NCBI GenBank assembly: GCA_963664395.2
Contig: OY761159.2
Coordinates: 2,048,001 to 2,112,000, forward strand
Length of the DNA stretch: 64,000 bases
Direction of reading: 5' to 3'
DNA from: Candidatus Binatia bacterium
Lineage (GTDB): Bacteria; Desulfobacterota; Binatia; Bin18
Positions 38,441 to 48,798 of this stretch are shown here, in pieces (the first letter of the stretch is position 1; each line of letters starts with the position of its first letter). Position numbers and translations under genes: made by a program. The notes below the pieces were generated by a model. That model saw only the letters and a program-made list of their open reading frames with translations, was not told where the DNA came from and made no database searches.

Positions 38441-38848
38441 ATGAATACCGAACACCTCAAGAGTGGCCTCAACACCGAAGGCGCGGCGGTCCTGTATTGG
38501 GTTTGCCTGATGATTGGTGTCCTCATGTGGACGATTGGAGAACTCACTACGACTTCACACCTCCGAGAGATAGCACGCAATGTTGAGGAGCTGAAGTCTC
38601 TTGTAGAGCAAGTACGGGAACAGACCGAGTGTGTGGAAATGGCGCAAGAGACCGACCAGAAGCGAAACGTATCCAGCCAGACGCACTATAGGGAAGACAG
38701 AGAGCACCCTCCACGCATAGACGCGGACAGTGCTCTTCCCGTATGTTGTGCGCCTATTCAACACACCTGGAAGAAGGACGCACAGTATGCACTTATACGA
38801 TTTTCCGCAGTCGCCCAACTGTCGTCGGGTGCGGATGTATCTGGCTGA
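38441..38848 (+). CDS. Hypothetical single-pass membrane protein with coiled coil
   Basis: AAGGAG RBS, one hydrophobic segment, heptad pattern; 3' end overlaps the GST, so the C-terminus is doubtful. Confidence 0.35.
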   Translation: MNTEHLKSGLNTEGAAVLYWVCLMIGVLMWTIGELTTTSHLREIARNVEELKSLVEQVREQTECVEMAQETDQKRNVSSQTHYREDREHPPRIDADSALPVCCAPIQHTWKKDAQYALIRFSAVAQLSSGADVSG

Positions 38849-39392
38849 AAAAGGGATCGATATCGCACTCAAGTCGCTTGACTTGTCTGCCGGGGAGCAG
38901 AGAATGTCCGGATTTCTCCTCAAGAACCCATTTGGCGCAGTCCCGCTCCTTGAACTTGACGATGGTTCAGTCATTCCGGAATCGCTGGCCATTATCGAGT
39001 ATCTGGAAGAGCTGCACCCCGACCCGCCGCTGTGTGGCACGACGCCATTTGAACGAGCCCAGGTTCGGGCGTGGGAGCGCCGAGCGGAGTTTGGCGTGTT
39101 GCTCCAGGGCACCCGACGCTTTTTGCATACCAACCCGTTTTTTGCCTCGCGGGTCGAACAAAGTCCAAAAGTTGCGGAGGAAGCCGGTCAGGTGCTCACC
39201 GACCGGCTCTCCCTCTTCAATACTCATTTGAAAGACAACGAGTGGCTGGCCGGCGCGTGCTCGGTAGCAGACATCACTCTGTTTGTTTCCACTGAATTTG
39301 CTGCCAGGTCAAACTTTCAACTTGATCCCGCCTGGGAGCACCTGCAGCGCTGGTATGGAGCTATCAAGAAACGGCCGAGCGCAGAGGCATGA
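38787..39392 (+). CDS. Glutathione S-transferase
   Basis: SPNCRRVR, NPFGAVPLLELDDG, ESLAIIEYLE, SVADIT. Confidence 0.92.
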   Translation: MHLYDFPQSPNCRRVRMYLAEKGIDIALKSLDLSAGEQRMSGFLLKNPFGAVPLLELDDGSVIPESLAIIEYLEELHPDPPLCGTTPFERAQVRAWERRAEFGVLLQGTRRFLHTNPFFASRVEQSPKVAEEAGQVLTDRLSLFNTHLKDNEWLAGACSVADITLFVSTEFAARSNFQLDPAWEHLQRWYGAIKKRPSAEA

Positions 39393-39447
39393 CGGTCCGG
39401 CGTGCGCCGAAGGTGCGCTCTGTCTGCTCAAGAAAGGGAGGATTGCT

Positions 39448-39984
39448 ATGTCTCCATCCGAACTCTTTCACACTGACCACCTGAAAAGTGCGGTCATCCC
39501 GGGCTCTGTCCCGCTGGAAACGACCAATCCTGATTTCGAGACCTTTGAGGTCCTGGGCGTTGATCACCTTGATCTGACGGTGACGGATTTGAGCCGTTCT
39601 TTGCCCTTTTATACAAAGATTCTTGGCGCGCTGGGATTTCGCAAGCTCGTCCATCCGCATTACAACGGCTTCCATAACGCCCACTTGATTATCGGCATCA
39701 AGGCAGCCGCGGCAGAAGAAAAAGCAGCCGGCCATAACCGCTTTCGCGCCGGACTGCACCACCTGGCGCTCAAAGCCAAGCGCAAGGCAGATGTGGACCG
39801 CTTCCACGATTTTCTGGTTGCCGAAGGCATGCCTGTCCTTGATCCGCCAGCGGATTATCCCGAATACGGCCCACATTATTACGCCGTATTCTTTGCTGAC
39901 CCGGACGGCGTGAAGTTAGAGTTGGTGCACTATCCTGTGCCGTGGAGCTATTGGCGAGACACGCAAATGGCAGGCAATGGCTAG
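39448..39984 (+). CDS. VOC (glyoxalase) family protein
   Basis: DHLDLTVTDL, GLHHLAL, YYAVFFADPDGVKLELV. Confidence 0.9.
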   Translation: MSPSELFHTDHLKSAVIPGSVPLETTNPDFETFEVLGVDHLDLTVTDLSRSLPFYTKILGALGFRKLVHPHYNGFHNAHLIIGIKAAAAEEKAAGHNRFRAGLHHLALKAKRKADVDRFHDFLVAEGMPVLDPPADYPEYGPHYYAVFFADPDGVKLELVHYPVPWSYWRDTQMAGNG

Positions 39985-39987
39985 GTC

Positions 39988-40029
39988 CCAATACTCCCCA
40001 ATACCCCCCAATAACCTCCAATAACTCCA
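39988..40029. repeat. Imperfect 10-bp tandem repeat (CCAATA core x4)
   Basis: ccaatactcc ccaatacccc ccaataacct ccaataact. Confidence 0.8.
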
Positions 40030-40043
40030 TTGAGAGGACACGC

Positions 40044-41039
40044 ATGACCACAGTGAGTATTTCGTTTGCAGGCGCCTCCGGGCTGACCGGCTTTCCGGAT
40101 TTCCCCGTGACGCTCGCCAGTCAGTTGCAAGAAGAATTTCCCCAAGCACACATCAATCTGATCCAAGACCCGGACCGGCGGCTGGCCGCACTCGCTGAGA
40201 CGGACGTGCTGTACGCCGTGCGGTTTAGCAAAAAGGACTTCGCCGCCGCCAAGCAGCTCAAATGGCTCCACCTCACTTCAGCCGGGGCCACGCATGTCTT
40301 GTTTCCGGAAATGATCGAGAGCGATATCGTTGTCACCAACTCGCGCGGCCTGTACGGCATTCCGATTGCCGAGCATGTGCTGGGTGTAATGCTCATGTTT
40401 GCCCGGCGCTTTCATGAGGCGTATCCCTTACAACGCGAAGGCAAGTGGGCCCGCCCGGAAATGCTCAGCCGCTTTGCGCTGATTGCCGAGCTGCATAGTC
40501 GGACCGTTGGCATTATCGGGCTGGGCAGTATTGGCCTGGCCGTGGCCGAACGCTGTAAGGCACTGGGCATGCGGGTTGTCGCCAACAAACGCCGAGGTGG
40601 AGACAAGCCGGCCTGTGTCGATGAACTCTTCGGCCCCAACGATCTGCCCCAACTCTTGGAGCAGTCGGACTATATTGTCATTGCCGCGCCGTTGACGCCG
40701 GAGACACAGGGCATGATCGGAGAGCAGGAACTCCGGCTGATGAAGCCCAGCGCTTTTATTCTGAATGTCGGACGCGGAGCGATCATTCAGGAAGCCGCCT
40801 TAATCCAAGCCCTCAAAGAAGACCGTCTCGGCGGCGCAGGGCTGGATGTCACCGACCCCGAGCCGCCGGAGGCGGACAGCGAGTTGTTTCACCTGCCGAA
40901 CGTCATTCTCACGCCCCATTATTCCGGCATTCGCTCACACTATTGGGAGCATTCGGTTGCGTTGTTCCGACCGATTCTCGGCCAGTATTTACGCGGCGAA
41001 CCGATGGATAACGTCGTGGACAAACGCGGCGGGTATTAG
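40044..41039 (+). CDS. D-2-hydroxyacid dehydrogenase
   Basis: TNSRG, IAEH, GLGSIG, PLTPET, NVGRG, DVTDPEP, TPH. Confidence 0.92.
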   Translation: MTTVSISFAGASGLTGFPDFPVTLASQLQEEFPQAHINLIQDPDRRLAALAETDVLYAVRFSKKDFAAAKQLKWLHLTSAGATHVLFPEMIESDIVVTNSRGLYGIPIAEHVLGVMLMFARRFHEAYPLQREGKWARPEMLSRFALIAELHSRTVGIIGLGSIGLAVAERCKALGMRVVANKRRGGDKPACVDELFGPNDLPQLLEQSDYIVIAAPLTPETQGMIGEQELRLMKPSAFILNVGRGAIIQEAALIQALKEDRLGGAGLDVTDPEPPEADSELFHLPNVILTPHYSGIRSHYWEHSVALFRPILGQYLRGEPMDNVVDKRGGY

Positions 41040-41045
41040 GAGTTG

Positions 41046-41141
41046 GGGAACCCACCCCGGCCTACGGCCACCCCTCCGAGGAGGGGACAGAAAAATTCCC
41101 CTCTCGGGAGGGGTGCCGCGCCAGCGGTGGGGTGGGTTCCC
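41046..41141. repeat. Long palindromic interspersed repeat (about 95 bp) between convergent genes
   Basis: GGGAACCCACCCC...GGGGTGGGTTCCC ends with internal CCCCTC/GAGGGG hairpins; second copy at 49753-49844. Confidence 0.85.
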
Positions 41142-41153
41142 TCTACTAATCGC

Positions 41154-42020
41154 TCAGGCGGCAAACGCATCATGGCCTTTTGCGTAGGCAAAGATGCTCT
41201 GGCCGGCGTTGCGGTTCACTAATTCCCGTTCGTACATGGGATGAAACAGGCTGCGGACCTCATGTTCAAGCTCGCATAACAGCTTGCCCGTTTTGGGATG
41301 GACGATGGCCTGAAAGCGATACTGATGATCGTCGCTCTCCTGGGTGATCAGTTTGTGACGTTTCAAAAATGTATGCGGGGCTGAGAAGTTGGCAACGTAG
41401 ACGGCAATGTGATGCCCATCATAGGCGGGAATCGCCTTCGAGGTTTCTCGAAAACGTAAGACCTGAGAACGCCCGACCTGGACGTGGGCAACCGCTGTGC
41501 CGCGCTCTTGGATGACCGTGGCCGGTGTGTTCATCACTTCCTGATAGAACTGGCAAATCCCGCGGGCGGTGCGTGGTTCGACTGGCATCTCGATATAGGG
41601 CAGCCCCAGCGTCATGCTCCCGAATTGCGGACTCGGCGCGTAACAGCGCAACTGATTCCCCCACGGACACGTCACCGCGACATGGCCTTTTTTGGCCGAC
41701 CACCGAAAGGCCGTACTGGCGAGTCGCTTCTGCACCCGCTCAAGCCGGGTCTGCAACGCCTCCAAGTTTGGAACCACCACCCCGATGTGGCCTCTGAACA
41801 CCTGCGGCTCACTCGCCGGGAGGTGAAACTGCTGCTGGCCAACGTTCACCCACATATTGCCCGGTCCGACCATCATATACGGGTCGCGGGTAAACCCGAG
41901 GCCGGAGACATAGAAGGTCGAAGCAATCGCCTGGTCCGGAACGGTGACATTCACATGTTCCATTCCGAGTATGTTCCCAATATCCTGCGTGGTGCGATCA
42001 TATTTCTTTTTGTCTTGCAT
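41154..42020 (-). CDS. Glyoxalase/VOC-superfamily protein
   Basis: EHVNVTVPDQ, FYVSGLGFTRDPY, QQFHLP, CPWGN, YDGHHIAVY, EHEVRS. Confidence 0.7.
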   Translation of the reverse strand: MQDKKKYDRTTQDIGNILGMEHVNVTVPDQAIASTFYVSGLGFTRDPYMMVGPGNMWVNVGQQQFHLPASEPQVFRGHIGVVVPNLEALQTRLERVQKRLASTAFRWSAKKGHVAVTCPWGNQLRCYAPSPQFGSMTLGLPYIEMPVEPRTARGICQFYQEVMNTPATVIQERGTAVAHVQVGRSQVLRFRETSKAIPAYDGHHIAVYVANFSAPHTFLKRHKLITQESDDHQYRFQAIVHPKTGKLLCELEHEVRSLFHPMYERELVNRNAGQSIFAYAKGHDAFAA

Positions 42021-42172
42021 AGCCTGCTATCCCTCCCTGATAGAAAATCTGCCCAAAATCTGCCCTGATAGAAAATTTGCGTTCTGATTATCTCTCGCCT
42101 CTCTCCATTTGACAAGCTTGGCAGAGAGGCTACCCGAATGGTAGGCTGTCAGGTTCAACCAAGGAGAAAACT

Positions 42173-43369
42173 ATGCTCGCCCTCGATCACGTGCGTATTC
42201 TCGATTTGTCGCATTTTGAGGCCGGTCCGTCGTGCACGGAGCTATTGGCCTTTCTTGGTGCGGATGTCATTAAAGTCGAGCCGCCCCACACCGGCGAGTC
42301 AGGCCGCAACTTTCTGACAAACGAGCCGGGACTCGATTCTCACTTTTTTATTCTGCTGAATGCCAATAAACGCAGCGTCACCCTCAATCTCAAAACCGAG
42401 CGGGGCCGTGACCTCTTCCGTTCTCTGCTGTCTCAGGTCGATGTCGTCTTGGAGAATTTTTCTCCGGGCACCATGGAGAGGCTCGGGCTCGGCTACAAAG
42501 ACCTTCAGCAGCTTGAGCCTCGGATTATCTATGCCACGATTAAGGGCTTTGGCACGTCCGGGCCGTGGAGTGGGTATAAGAGTTTCAACTCGATTGCCCT
42601 GTCAACCGGCGGGGCCATGAGCATTACCGGCTTACCCGACTCGCCGCCGCTCAAACCCGGCCCGACTATCGGGGATACCGGCACGGGCATCCACTGCGCA
42701 GTCGGCATTCTTGCCGCCCTGCTGCAACGCGGCAAGACGGGCACGGGACAGCACGTTGAAGTATCCATGCAGGATGCGGTGGTGAATTACATGCGTGTGC
42801 CCATGCGCCACCATCTCCAGGCCGGTGCCGTGGTGCAGCGCAGCGGCAACCGTCTCAGCCATGCTGCTCCCACAGACACCTATCCCTGCGCGCCGGGCGG
42901 CCCAAACGACTATGTCTATCTCATGTCCACGACGCCGCGGATGTGGGAGAGTTTATTGCGTACGATTGAGCGTGAAGATTTGATTGGCGACCCGCGCTAT
43001 ACCGCCACGTCCGAGCGCAACGCCCGCTTTGACGAGGTGTATGACATCATTCGCGCCTGGACCACCCAGTACACCAAGTTCGATGTCATGGAGCGATTTG
43101 GAGCAGTCGGCGTGCCGTGCGGGGCGGTCTTTGATTCGCACGATATTTTCACCCATCCGCAGTTGCGTGAACGCGGCATGGTCGCCACGGTTGAACATCC
43201 GACCCGAGGCAGCATCACCATGCCCGGCTGCGCGGTGCAGCTCGACGACTCTCCGGTCGAAGTCACCCCGGCCCCGCTGCTCGGTCAGCACAACAGCGAG
43301 GTCTACCGGGGCTTGCTGGGTCTTTCGGACGAGCAGTTGCAGGGGCTGGAAAAAGAGGGCGTTATCTAG
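42173..43369 (+). CDS. Class III CoA-transferase (formyl-CoA transferase-like)
   Basis: EAGPSCT, GADVIKVEPP, NANKRS, TIGDTGTG, YPCAPGGPNDY, PLLGQH. Confidence 0.9.
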   Translation: MLALDHVRILDLSHFEAGPSCTELLAFLGADVIKVEPPHTGESGRNFLTNEPGLDSHFFILLNANKRSVTLNLKTERGRDLFRSLLSQVDVVLENFSPGTMERLGLGYKDLQQLEPRIIYATIKGFGTSGPWSGYKSFNSIALSTGGAMSITGLPDSPPLKPGPTIGDTGTGIHCAVGILAALLQRGKTGTGQHVEVSMQDAVVNYMRVPMRHHLQAGAVVQRSGNRLSHAAPTDTYPCAPGGPNDYVYLMSTTPRMWESLLRTIEREDLIGDPRYTATSERNARFDEVYDIIRAWTTQYTKFDVMERFGAVGVPCGAVFDSHDIFTHPQLRERGMVATVEHPTRGSITMPGCAVQLDDSPVEVTPAPLLGQHNSEVYRGLLGLSDEQLQGLEKEGVI

Positions 43370-43411
43370 TGCCACCCCGGCGACACCCACAGGGCAATCC
43401 TGCCGTACACC

Positions 43412-43711
43412 CTAGCTCTGGCCTGTGGCGAATTCTTCCATCTTCCCAGCCAGGGTAAAGTCCAGTTCGGTGATTCCGCCGGCATCGTGGGTTGCCAGGT
43501 CAACGTTGACCGTGCTGTAGACGTTGAACCACTCGGGATGGTGATTCATGGATTCCGCCACCAGGGCTGCACGTGTCATAAAACCAAAGGCTTGCACAAA
43601 GTCCCTGAACTTGTATTCCCGGTGCAACTTCCCGTCGGCCACTGTCCAGCCCGGCATACTACTCAGCCTGGCCTGAATGTCCGCATCCGATAGTTTCTGT
43701 CGGTCTGCCAT
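43412..43711 (-). CDS. phhB: Pterin-4-alpha-carbinolamine dehydratase
   Basis: [32 protein letters not shown]. Confidence 0.93.
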   Translation of the reverse strand: MADRQKLSDADIQARLSSMPGWTVADGKLHREYKFRDFVQAFGFMTRAALVAESMNHHPEWFNVYSTVNVDLATHDAGGITELDFTLAGKMEEFATGQS

Positions 43712-43748
43712 AGTCTCCTCCTGTCTGCGCTTTCTTTCACTTACGGTG

Positions 43749-45035
43749 TCAGCTCATGGGCGGCGCTGCTTCGGCCAGAGCAACATCTTCTACTTCGATC
43801 TTCTTAATTCTGACCACAAATAGGATGAGTGCACTGACTGCCCCAACCCCGGCGGCGACAAACAGCGGGACGGTCCAATCTCCGCCGCTGCGCTCAATCA
43901 TCTGCCCGGCCGACCAGGGACCCAGAACCCCGGCGAAGGTCCCGAGCGTATTCATCATACCGAAAATAGCGCCGGATTGGTGCGGATTAAACTCCAGGGC
44001 AACAGTGGTAAACACGCCTATACCCATGCTGAACAACCCATAAAAAATGACGAGAAAAACGGCACAGGTCAGCGGCGAGGAGGTCTGCGCCGCCAGAATA
44101 AGACACGGCAAGGCCAGGGCGAGACCAAAACCGCCAAAGCGCACGCGGGCAAACTGCGCACTCCAGCCGTTGCGCAGCAGCCAGTCCGACAACATCCCGG
44201 CACCAACGACCCCAAGAAACGCCGCGCCATGCATGAACACACCGACCGTGCCCATGACCCCCAGGGACATGCCGCGCGCCTCCACCAAATAGGTCGGGAA
44301 CCAGAACAGGAACATCCACAGCACATAGGCAAAACACATATAGGCCAGGGTCACGGTCAGCAGCGACGTGTTGGCAAAAACAGTCCGCAACGGCAGCGGG
44401 GCAGCCGGGCGGGGGAGCAGGTTAGCTTCAATATAGGTGCGTTCTTCTTCACTGATTTGAGGATGCTCACCTGGCGTGTCTGTGGCAAACCACAGCCACA
44501 GCGCCGCCCAGACAAGGCCGAGCAGGGCATTGAAATAGAAGACGAGCTGCCAGGAAAAATTAAGGATAATCCAGGTGGTGAGTGGGTAGGCAATCATTTG
44601 ACCGACCGTCACGCCGGACACGCTCAGGGTCTGCGCGCGGCCAAACTCGGCCCGCGGAATCCAGCGGGCATTGACAGAAGTCAGCGCCGGAATGGTGACG
44701 GACTCAAACATGCCGACCAGAAAACGGGCGCTGAGCAGTAGCCAAAAGGCGGAAACGGCCGGCGGGGTCAAGGCGGTGAACAGCGAGAAGCCACAAAAGG
44801 CGATGGCCAGCACTTTCCGCGCGCTCCAGCGGTCGGCCACCAGACCGCCCGGCAACTGGAGCACGGAGTAGCCAACCAGGAAGGCCGAGAAGACCAGCCC
44901 AAACTCACTCTTGCTCCAGCCGGAAGCATCCATGATAACCGGCGCCGCAACGGAGATATTCACCCGGTCGATGTAGTTAATGACGGTGCCGGAGAACAGC
45001 AGTCCAACAATTTTATACCTGACCGGCCTCGCCAT
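43749..45035 (-). CDS. MFS transporter (ACS family)
   Basis: [29 protein letters not shown]; about 12 transmembrane segments. Confidence 0.92.
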   Translation of the reverse strand: MARPVRYKIVGLLFSGTVINYIDRVNISVAAPVIMDASGWSKSEFGLVFSAFLVGYSVLQLPGGLVADRWSARKVLAIAFCGFSLFTALTPPAVSAFWLLLSARFLVGMFESVTIPALTSVNARWIPRAEFGRAQTLSVSGVTVGQMIAYPLTTWIILNFSWQLVFYFNALLGLVWAALWLWFATDTPGEHPQISEEERTYIEANLLPRPAAPLPLRTVFANTSLLTVTLAYMCFAYVLWMFLFWFPTYLVEARGMSLGVMGTVGVFMHGAAFLGVVGAGMLSDWLLRNGWSAQFARVRFGGFGLALALPCLILAAQTSSPLTCAVFLVIFYGLFSMGIGVFTTVALEFNPHQSGAIFGMMNTLGTFAGVLGPWSAGQMIERSGGDWTVPLFVAAGVGAVSALILFVVRIKKIEVEDVALAEAAPPMS

Positions 45036-45159
45036 CGTCCCTCCTTGTGTGATGACCGGTGTCTGCGCCCCGTGCGGTCGAATCTGCCATGCGAGTGCTA
45101 TGTATGATAGATGCGTGCCTGTGGGTCAAGCGCGTTTACTCATTTGAGGAGGGCACCCA

Positions 45160-45708
45160 ATGCAACCGACCGGTGTGGTGATTAACCGAGAAAGCTGGCT
45201 GCTCTTAATGGAAGAGCCCTTGTATTCCGTCCGGTTTATTGACCGTGAAGGCACACAGGAGCTGGCCGTTGTCAGCCGGGTCGAAGACCTCGACTGGTTT
45301 ATCCAAGCGCCCCTGCCGCTCTCCCTGAGCCTGTCTACGTGGCAGAGTCCCGAGCAGGTGTGGGTGGTTGCCATCGGCTACCAACTGCATCCGACGTTTG
45401 GGGGGAGCAAAGGGGGCGTGTTCTATCTCAATCCGAGACAGGCGAGCGACGCCGCAATTCTGCACAAGCTCATCCGGCAGGATAACCTGGCGGTTATTTT
45501 GCTCAGTGAAGATACCGGACTGCATTACACCGTGTCCGTTCCCCTGTCCCCGCAACAACTGGAGCGCTGGCAAGCGGCCGTGCTTGGTCTGCCTGCGGAG
45601 GGCGAGCCGCTCGACGCGGAAGAAGACCCCGCCTTCAACCGCGCGCTTCAGGCGTTTCAGGAGCAGCATAGTCCGGACGATATTTTCGCAGAAAAACCGC
45701 ACCGCTGA
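45160..45708 (+). CDS. Hypothetical protein
   Basis: GAGGAGG RBS, 182 aa, protein-like composition; no motif recognised. Confidence 0.65.
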   Translation: MQPTGVVINRESWLLLMEEPLYSVRFIDREGTQELAVVSRVEDLDWFIQAPLPLSLSLSTWQSPEQVWVVAIGYQLHPTFGGSKGGVFYLNPRQASDAAILHKLIRQDNLAVILLSEDTGLHYTVSVPLSPQQLERWQAAVLGLPAEGEPLDAEEDPAFNRALQAFQEQHSPDDIFAEKPHR

Positions 45709-46335
45709 GCAGGCCGGCCCGCAAGGCTGACAACCGTCTCCAAGAGGACACAGGGAAGCGCGCCTGGAGGGTTTCCTTTTCCTGGGCGTCAAGCGCCTGC
45801 ATAAACTCGTCGCGCGCCTCTTGCGCCTCCCCGCCGTGGAGCGTAATCGCCTCGGTGAGGGTCAGCGCTCGTTGGCAATATCGTCTTGGCTCATCTGGAG
45901 ATCGCTCATTGCGGAGCCTTCCCCAGGTGGGTTTTGTGCAGAGCTTCCTACGGGCAGAGCGAAGAGGAGAGCCAGTTGCAGGATAATAAGAGACCGGGAG
46001 AGGTGGCGCATGAATAAGTAAATTTTCTATATTTCTGAGAACTCTGCCCCCCTGCAATCCACATATGACCGTGGACCGCCGTTAGGGATTTTCTGAAAGT
46101 CGCTTTGACGAATGGTGCATAGGCGATGCCCATAAACATGTAATGCTGTATGGTGTCAATTATCCCTCGTTTCCTGAGTAAATATAGATAGTTGCGCGGA
46201 TATTTAGAGTTAAGAAAATGAGTATTGTATGTTTCTTTTCCGATTCAGGGTGCATTGCACTGACTTCTTGATTGACATGCACTCTGCCTCGCCCGTCTTG
46301 TCCAACGATTTCTTCAGCGCTAGACAGACGGACAT

Positions 46336-47229
46336 ATGAGTTACACCGTTATTGCAACAGGCTTGGCATTCCCGGAAGGTCCGGTGTGCGACCCGGACGG
46401 GAGTGTGTATTGTGTGGAAATTCGCGCGGGCCGCGTGCGGAAAATTGTTCCTGATGGAACGCTCTCCACCCTCGCCCATCCGGGTGGTGGTCCGAACGGG
46501 GCAGCCCGGGGGCCGGACGGAGCTCTCTACGTCACGAATAACGGCGGCTTTCGCTGGCGCAATGGGCTGCCGATTGGGCCGGCTGCGGACTACGAGACCG
46601 GACGCCTTGAGCGTATTGACTCCGGAGGCAAGGTCGAACGCTTGTACACTTCGTGTGACGGCGTACAACTCAGCGCGCCCAACGATCTGGTCTTTGATGC
46701 TGAAGGAAATTTCTACTTCACCGACCCGCTCCAGCGTGATCCCGCACGGCCTGAGCCGTTAAATGAGCCAACTCGGCGCCAGGGCAGTGTCTACTACGCC
46801 AGCCCGGATGGGACATGGATTCGGCGTGTCGCCACCAACCTGCAACATCCGAACGGCATTGGCCTCACCCCGGACGGCAAAACCCTGCTCGTAGCGGAAA
46901 CCTTTGCCTCGGCCCTGTGCGCCTTCCCCATTCTTGCCCCAGGCGAGCTCGGCCAGCGCCGGCCGTTTTGTCAACTCCCGGGCGGCCATTATCCCGATGG
47001 CTTTTGTCTGGATGAAGAAGGCTATGTCCTGGTCTGCGGGGTTCTGGGAGGGGGCATTATTGTCTTTGATCCGAAGGGGTATCAGGTCGATCGGATTCCG
47101 AGTGAAGACAAAGCAGTCACGAACATCGCCTTTGGCGGTGTCGATGCGAAGACCTTGTATATTACTGAGTCGGGGTTGGGCCGTGTTGTTGCGATGGAAT
47201 GGGAGCGGAGGGGGTTGGAGTTGCTTTAA
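46336..47229 (+). CDS. SMP-30/gluconolactonase family protein
   Basis: FPEGP, GGPNG, PNDLVFD, PNGIGLTPDG, PDG..LD, TNIAFGG. Confidence 0.93.
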   Translation: MSYTVIATGLAFPEGPVCDPDGSVYCVEIRAGRVRKIVPDGTLSTLAHPGGGPNGAARGPDGALYVTNNGGFRWRNGLPIGPAADYETGRLERIDSGGKVERLYTSCDGVQLSAPNDLVFDAEGNFYFTDPLQRDPARPEPLNEPTRRQGSVYYASPDGTWIRRVATNLQHPNGIGLTPDGKTLLVAETFASALCAFPILAPGELGQRRPFCQLPGGHYPDGFCLDEEGYVLVCGVLGGGIIVFDPKGYQVDRIPSEDKAVTNIAFGGVDAKTLYITESGLGRVVAMEWERRGLELL

Positions 47230-47256
47230 GGGTGGGTCCGAAGACCCACCAAACGC

Positions 47257-47886
47257 CTACAGATTGGTCCGGTAGTCCTGTTCGACAAATTCGTCAATCT
47301 TGTCGGCCATGCCGGCATCGCCGCCCATCTTGGCTGCCAGAATCTTGCCGAACGAGATTTTCAAGCGATCCTCCCAGGTATCGGGCTTCCAGAGTTGGGA
47401 CCGAATAAACGCCTTGGCGCAGTGGTAGAACACTTCTTTGATGTGGACTCGGATGGCAACCACCGCGAGTTTTCCACGCGCGGACAGACCTTCCAGAACT
47501 TCCGGGTCGGCCGTGAGTTCGGCCGTGCCATTGATACGCATTGTTTCCGGCGTTCCCGGCAACAGGAAAATAAGGCCAATATGCGGGTTCTCAATGATAT
47601 TGGTCAGACCAAAGATAAGCTTGTTGCCCGACCGATCGGGGATGAGCAGCGTGTGCGCATCCTCAATACGGACAAACCCCGGCCCATCCCCTTTGGGTGA
47701 GACATCCTGATTCCCTGCGACATCTGCCGTGGCGAGTAACAGAAACGGCGAGCGTTTGATGAAATCCGTGCACGACTCATCCAACTCTGTCCAGAGCTTA
47801 TGCGGGACAAGCTCACTCGGTGAGCCAATACGTTCGCGAAGCTGTTCCACACTCGTAATCCGATGCGGGTCTGCTGTTGCCGTCAT
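47257..47886 (-). CDS. Pyridoxamine 5'-phosphate oxidase-like FMN-binding protein (MSMEG_1061-like)
   Basis: DVSPKGDGPGFV, IPDRSGN, ETMRINGTA, HCAKAFIRSQLW. Confidence 0.9.
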   Translation of the reverse strand: MTATADPHRITSVEQLRERIGSPSELVPHKLWTELDESCTDFIKRSPFLLLATADVAGNQDVSPKGDGPGFVRIEDAHTLLIPDRSGNKLIFGLTNIIENPHIGLIFLLPGTPETMRINGTAELTADPEVLEGLSARGKLAVVAIRVHIKEVFYHCAKAFIRSQLWKPDTWEDRLKISFGKILAAKMGGDAGMADKIDEFVEQDYRTNL

Positions 47887-47983
47887 AGTGTCGTCTCCTT
47901 TTGCGGTGGCCTTGTCCCTTCCTTTCTACGCAAAACGCGATAAAGTGCAAGCTTCATTCACACGGAAACAAGGAGGATTACAG

Positions 47984-48781
47984 ATGGCTGATCTCAATAT
48001 CGGAGTCACAAACCGCGTCGGCGTTCTGACCATGAATCGCCCGGATAAGCTTAATGCGCTCACCAGAGACATGAACCAAGCGGCGGTTTCGACCCTGCGT
48101 GAGATGGCAGAAGATCCCGATATTGGCGCCATTGTTCTGACCGGCGCCGGCCGAGGCTTCTGCGCTGGGGGAGATGTGTCGGCCATGCAAAAGGGTGAAG
48201 AAATCGGCACACAGGATTCTACCCTTGAGCAACAGATCGACGAACTCCGCGAAGGACATACCTGGCCCTGGCTGCTGCACCATATGCCGAAGGTCACGAT
48301 TGCGGTGATTAACGGGCCGGCCGCCGGCGCAGGATTAGGCATCGCCTTGTCGTGTGACCTGCGCTTTGCCTCCGACCAGGCGCGTCTCGGGACGGCCTAT
48401 GCGCGGGTGGGCTACGGCGGCGATTATGGGACGACCTGGCAACTCAGCCGTTTGGTCGGACAAGCCAAGGCCAAGGAATTATTCTTTTTGCCGGACATGA
48501 TTACTGCGGATGAAGCCCTGCGGATCGGCTTGGTCAATCGCGTCTTTGCGCACGACCAACTCATGAACGAAGCCATGAAACTGGCCGAGCGTATCGCAGC
48601 CGGCCCCCTGGTCAGCTACCGCTATATGAAAGCCAACGTGAATGCGTCGGGTGGGGTAGATTTTCGCACCATGCTCGACCGGGAGGCGGAAACGCATCTG
48701 CGCTGTGGCCAAACGGAAGATCATCAAGAAGGCGTCAACGCATTTATGGACAAACGGCAACCGGTCTTCCGTGGCCGCTAA
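47984..48781 (+). CDS. Enoyl-CoA hydratase/isomerase family protein
   Basis: NRPDKLNA, GAGRGFCAGGD, GPAAGAG, DHQEGVNAF; AGGAGG RBS. Confidence 0.92.
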   Translation: MADLNIGVTNRVGVLTMNRPDKLNALTRDMNQAAVSTLREMAEDPDIGAIVLTGAGRGFCAGGDVSAMQKGEEIGTQDSTLEQQIDELREGHTWPWLLHHMPKVTIAVINGPAAGAGLGIALSCDLRFASDQARLGTAYARVGYGGDYGTTWQLSRLVGQAKAKELFFLPDMITADEALRIGLVNRVFAHDQLMNEAMKLAERIAAGPLVSYRYMKANVNASGGVDFRTMLDREAETHLRCGQTEDHQEGVNAFMDKRQPVFRGR

Positions 48782-48798
48782 GCATGAAAGGGGACAGC

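Noticed and set aside
45635-46057. Minus-strand ORF with a helical stretch (RRYCQRALTLTEA...FMQALDAQEKETLQARF)
   Set aside because: May be a gene remnant, but no family is recognisable, there is no clear RBS and it overlaps the neighbouring gene
46010-46335. AT-rich intergenic region with the palindrome GTGCATTGCAC, possible sRNA or regulator site
   Set aside because: No recognisable RNA family or complete promoter consensus
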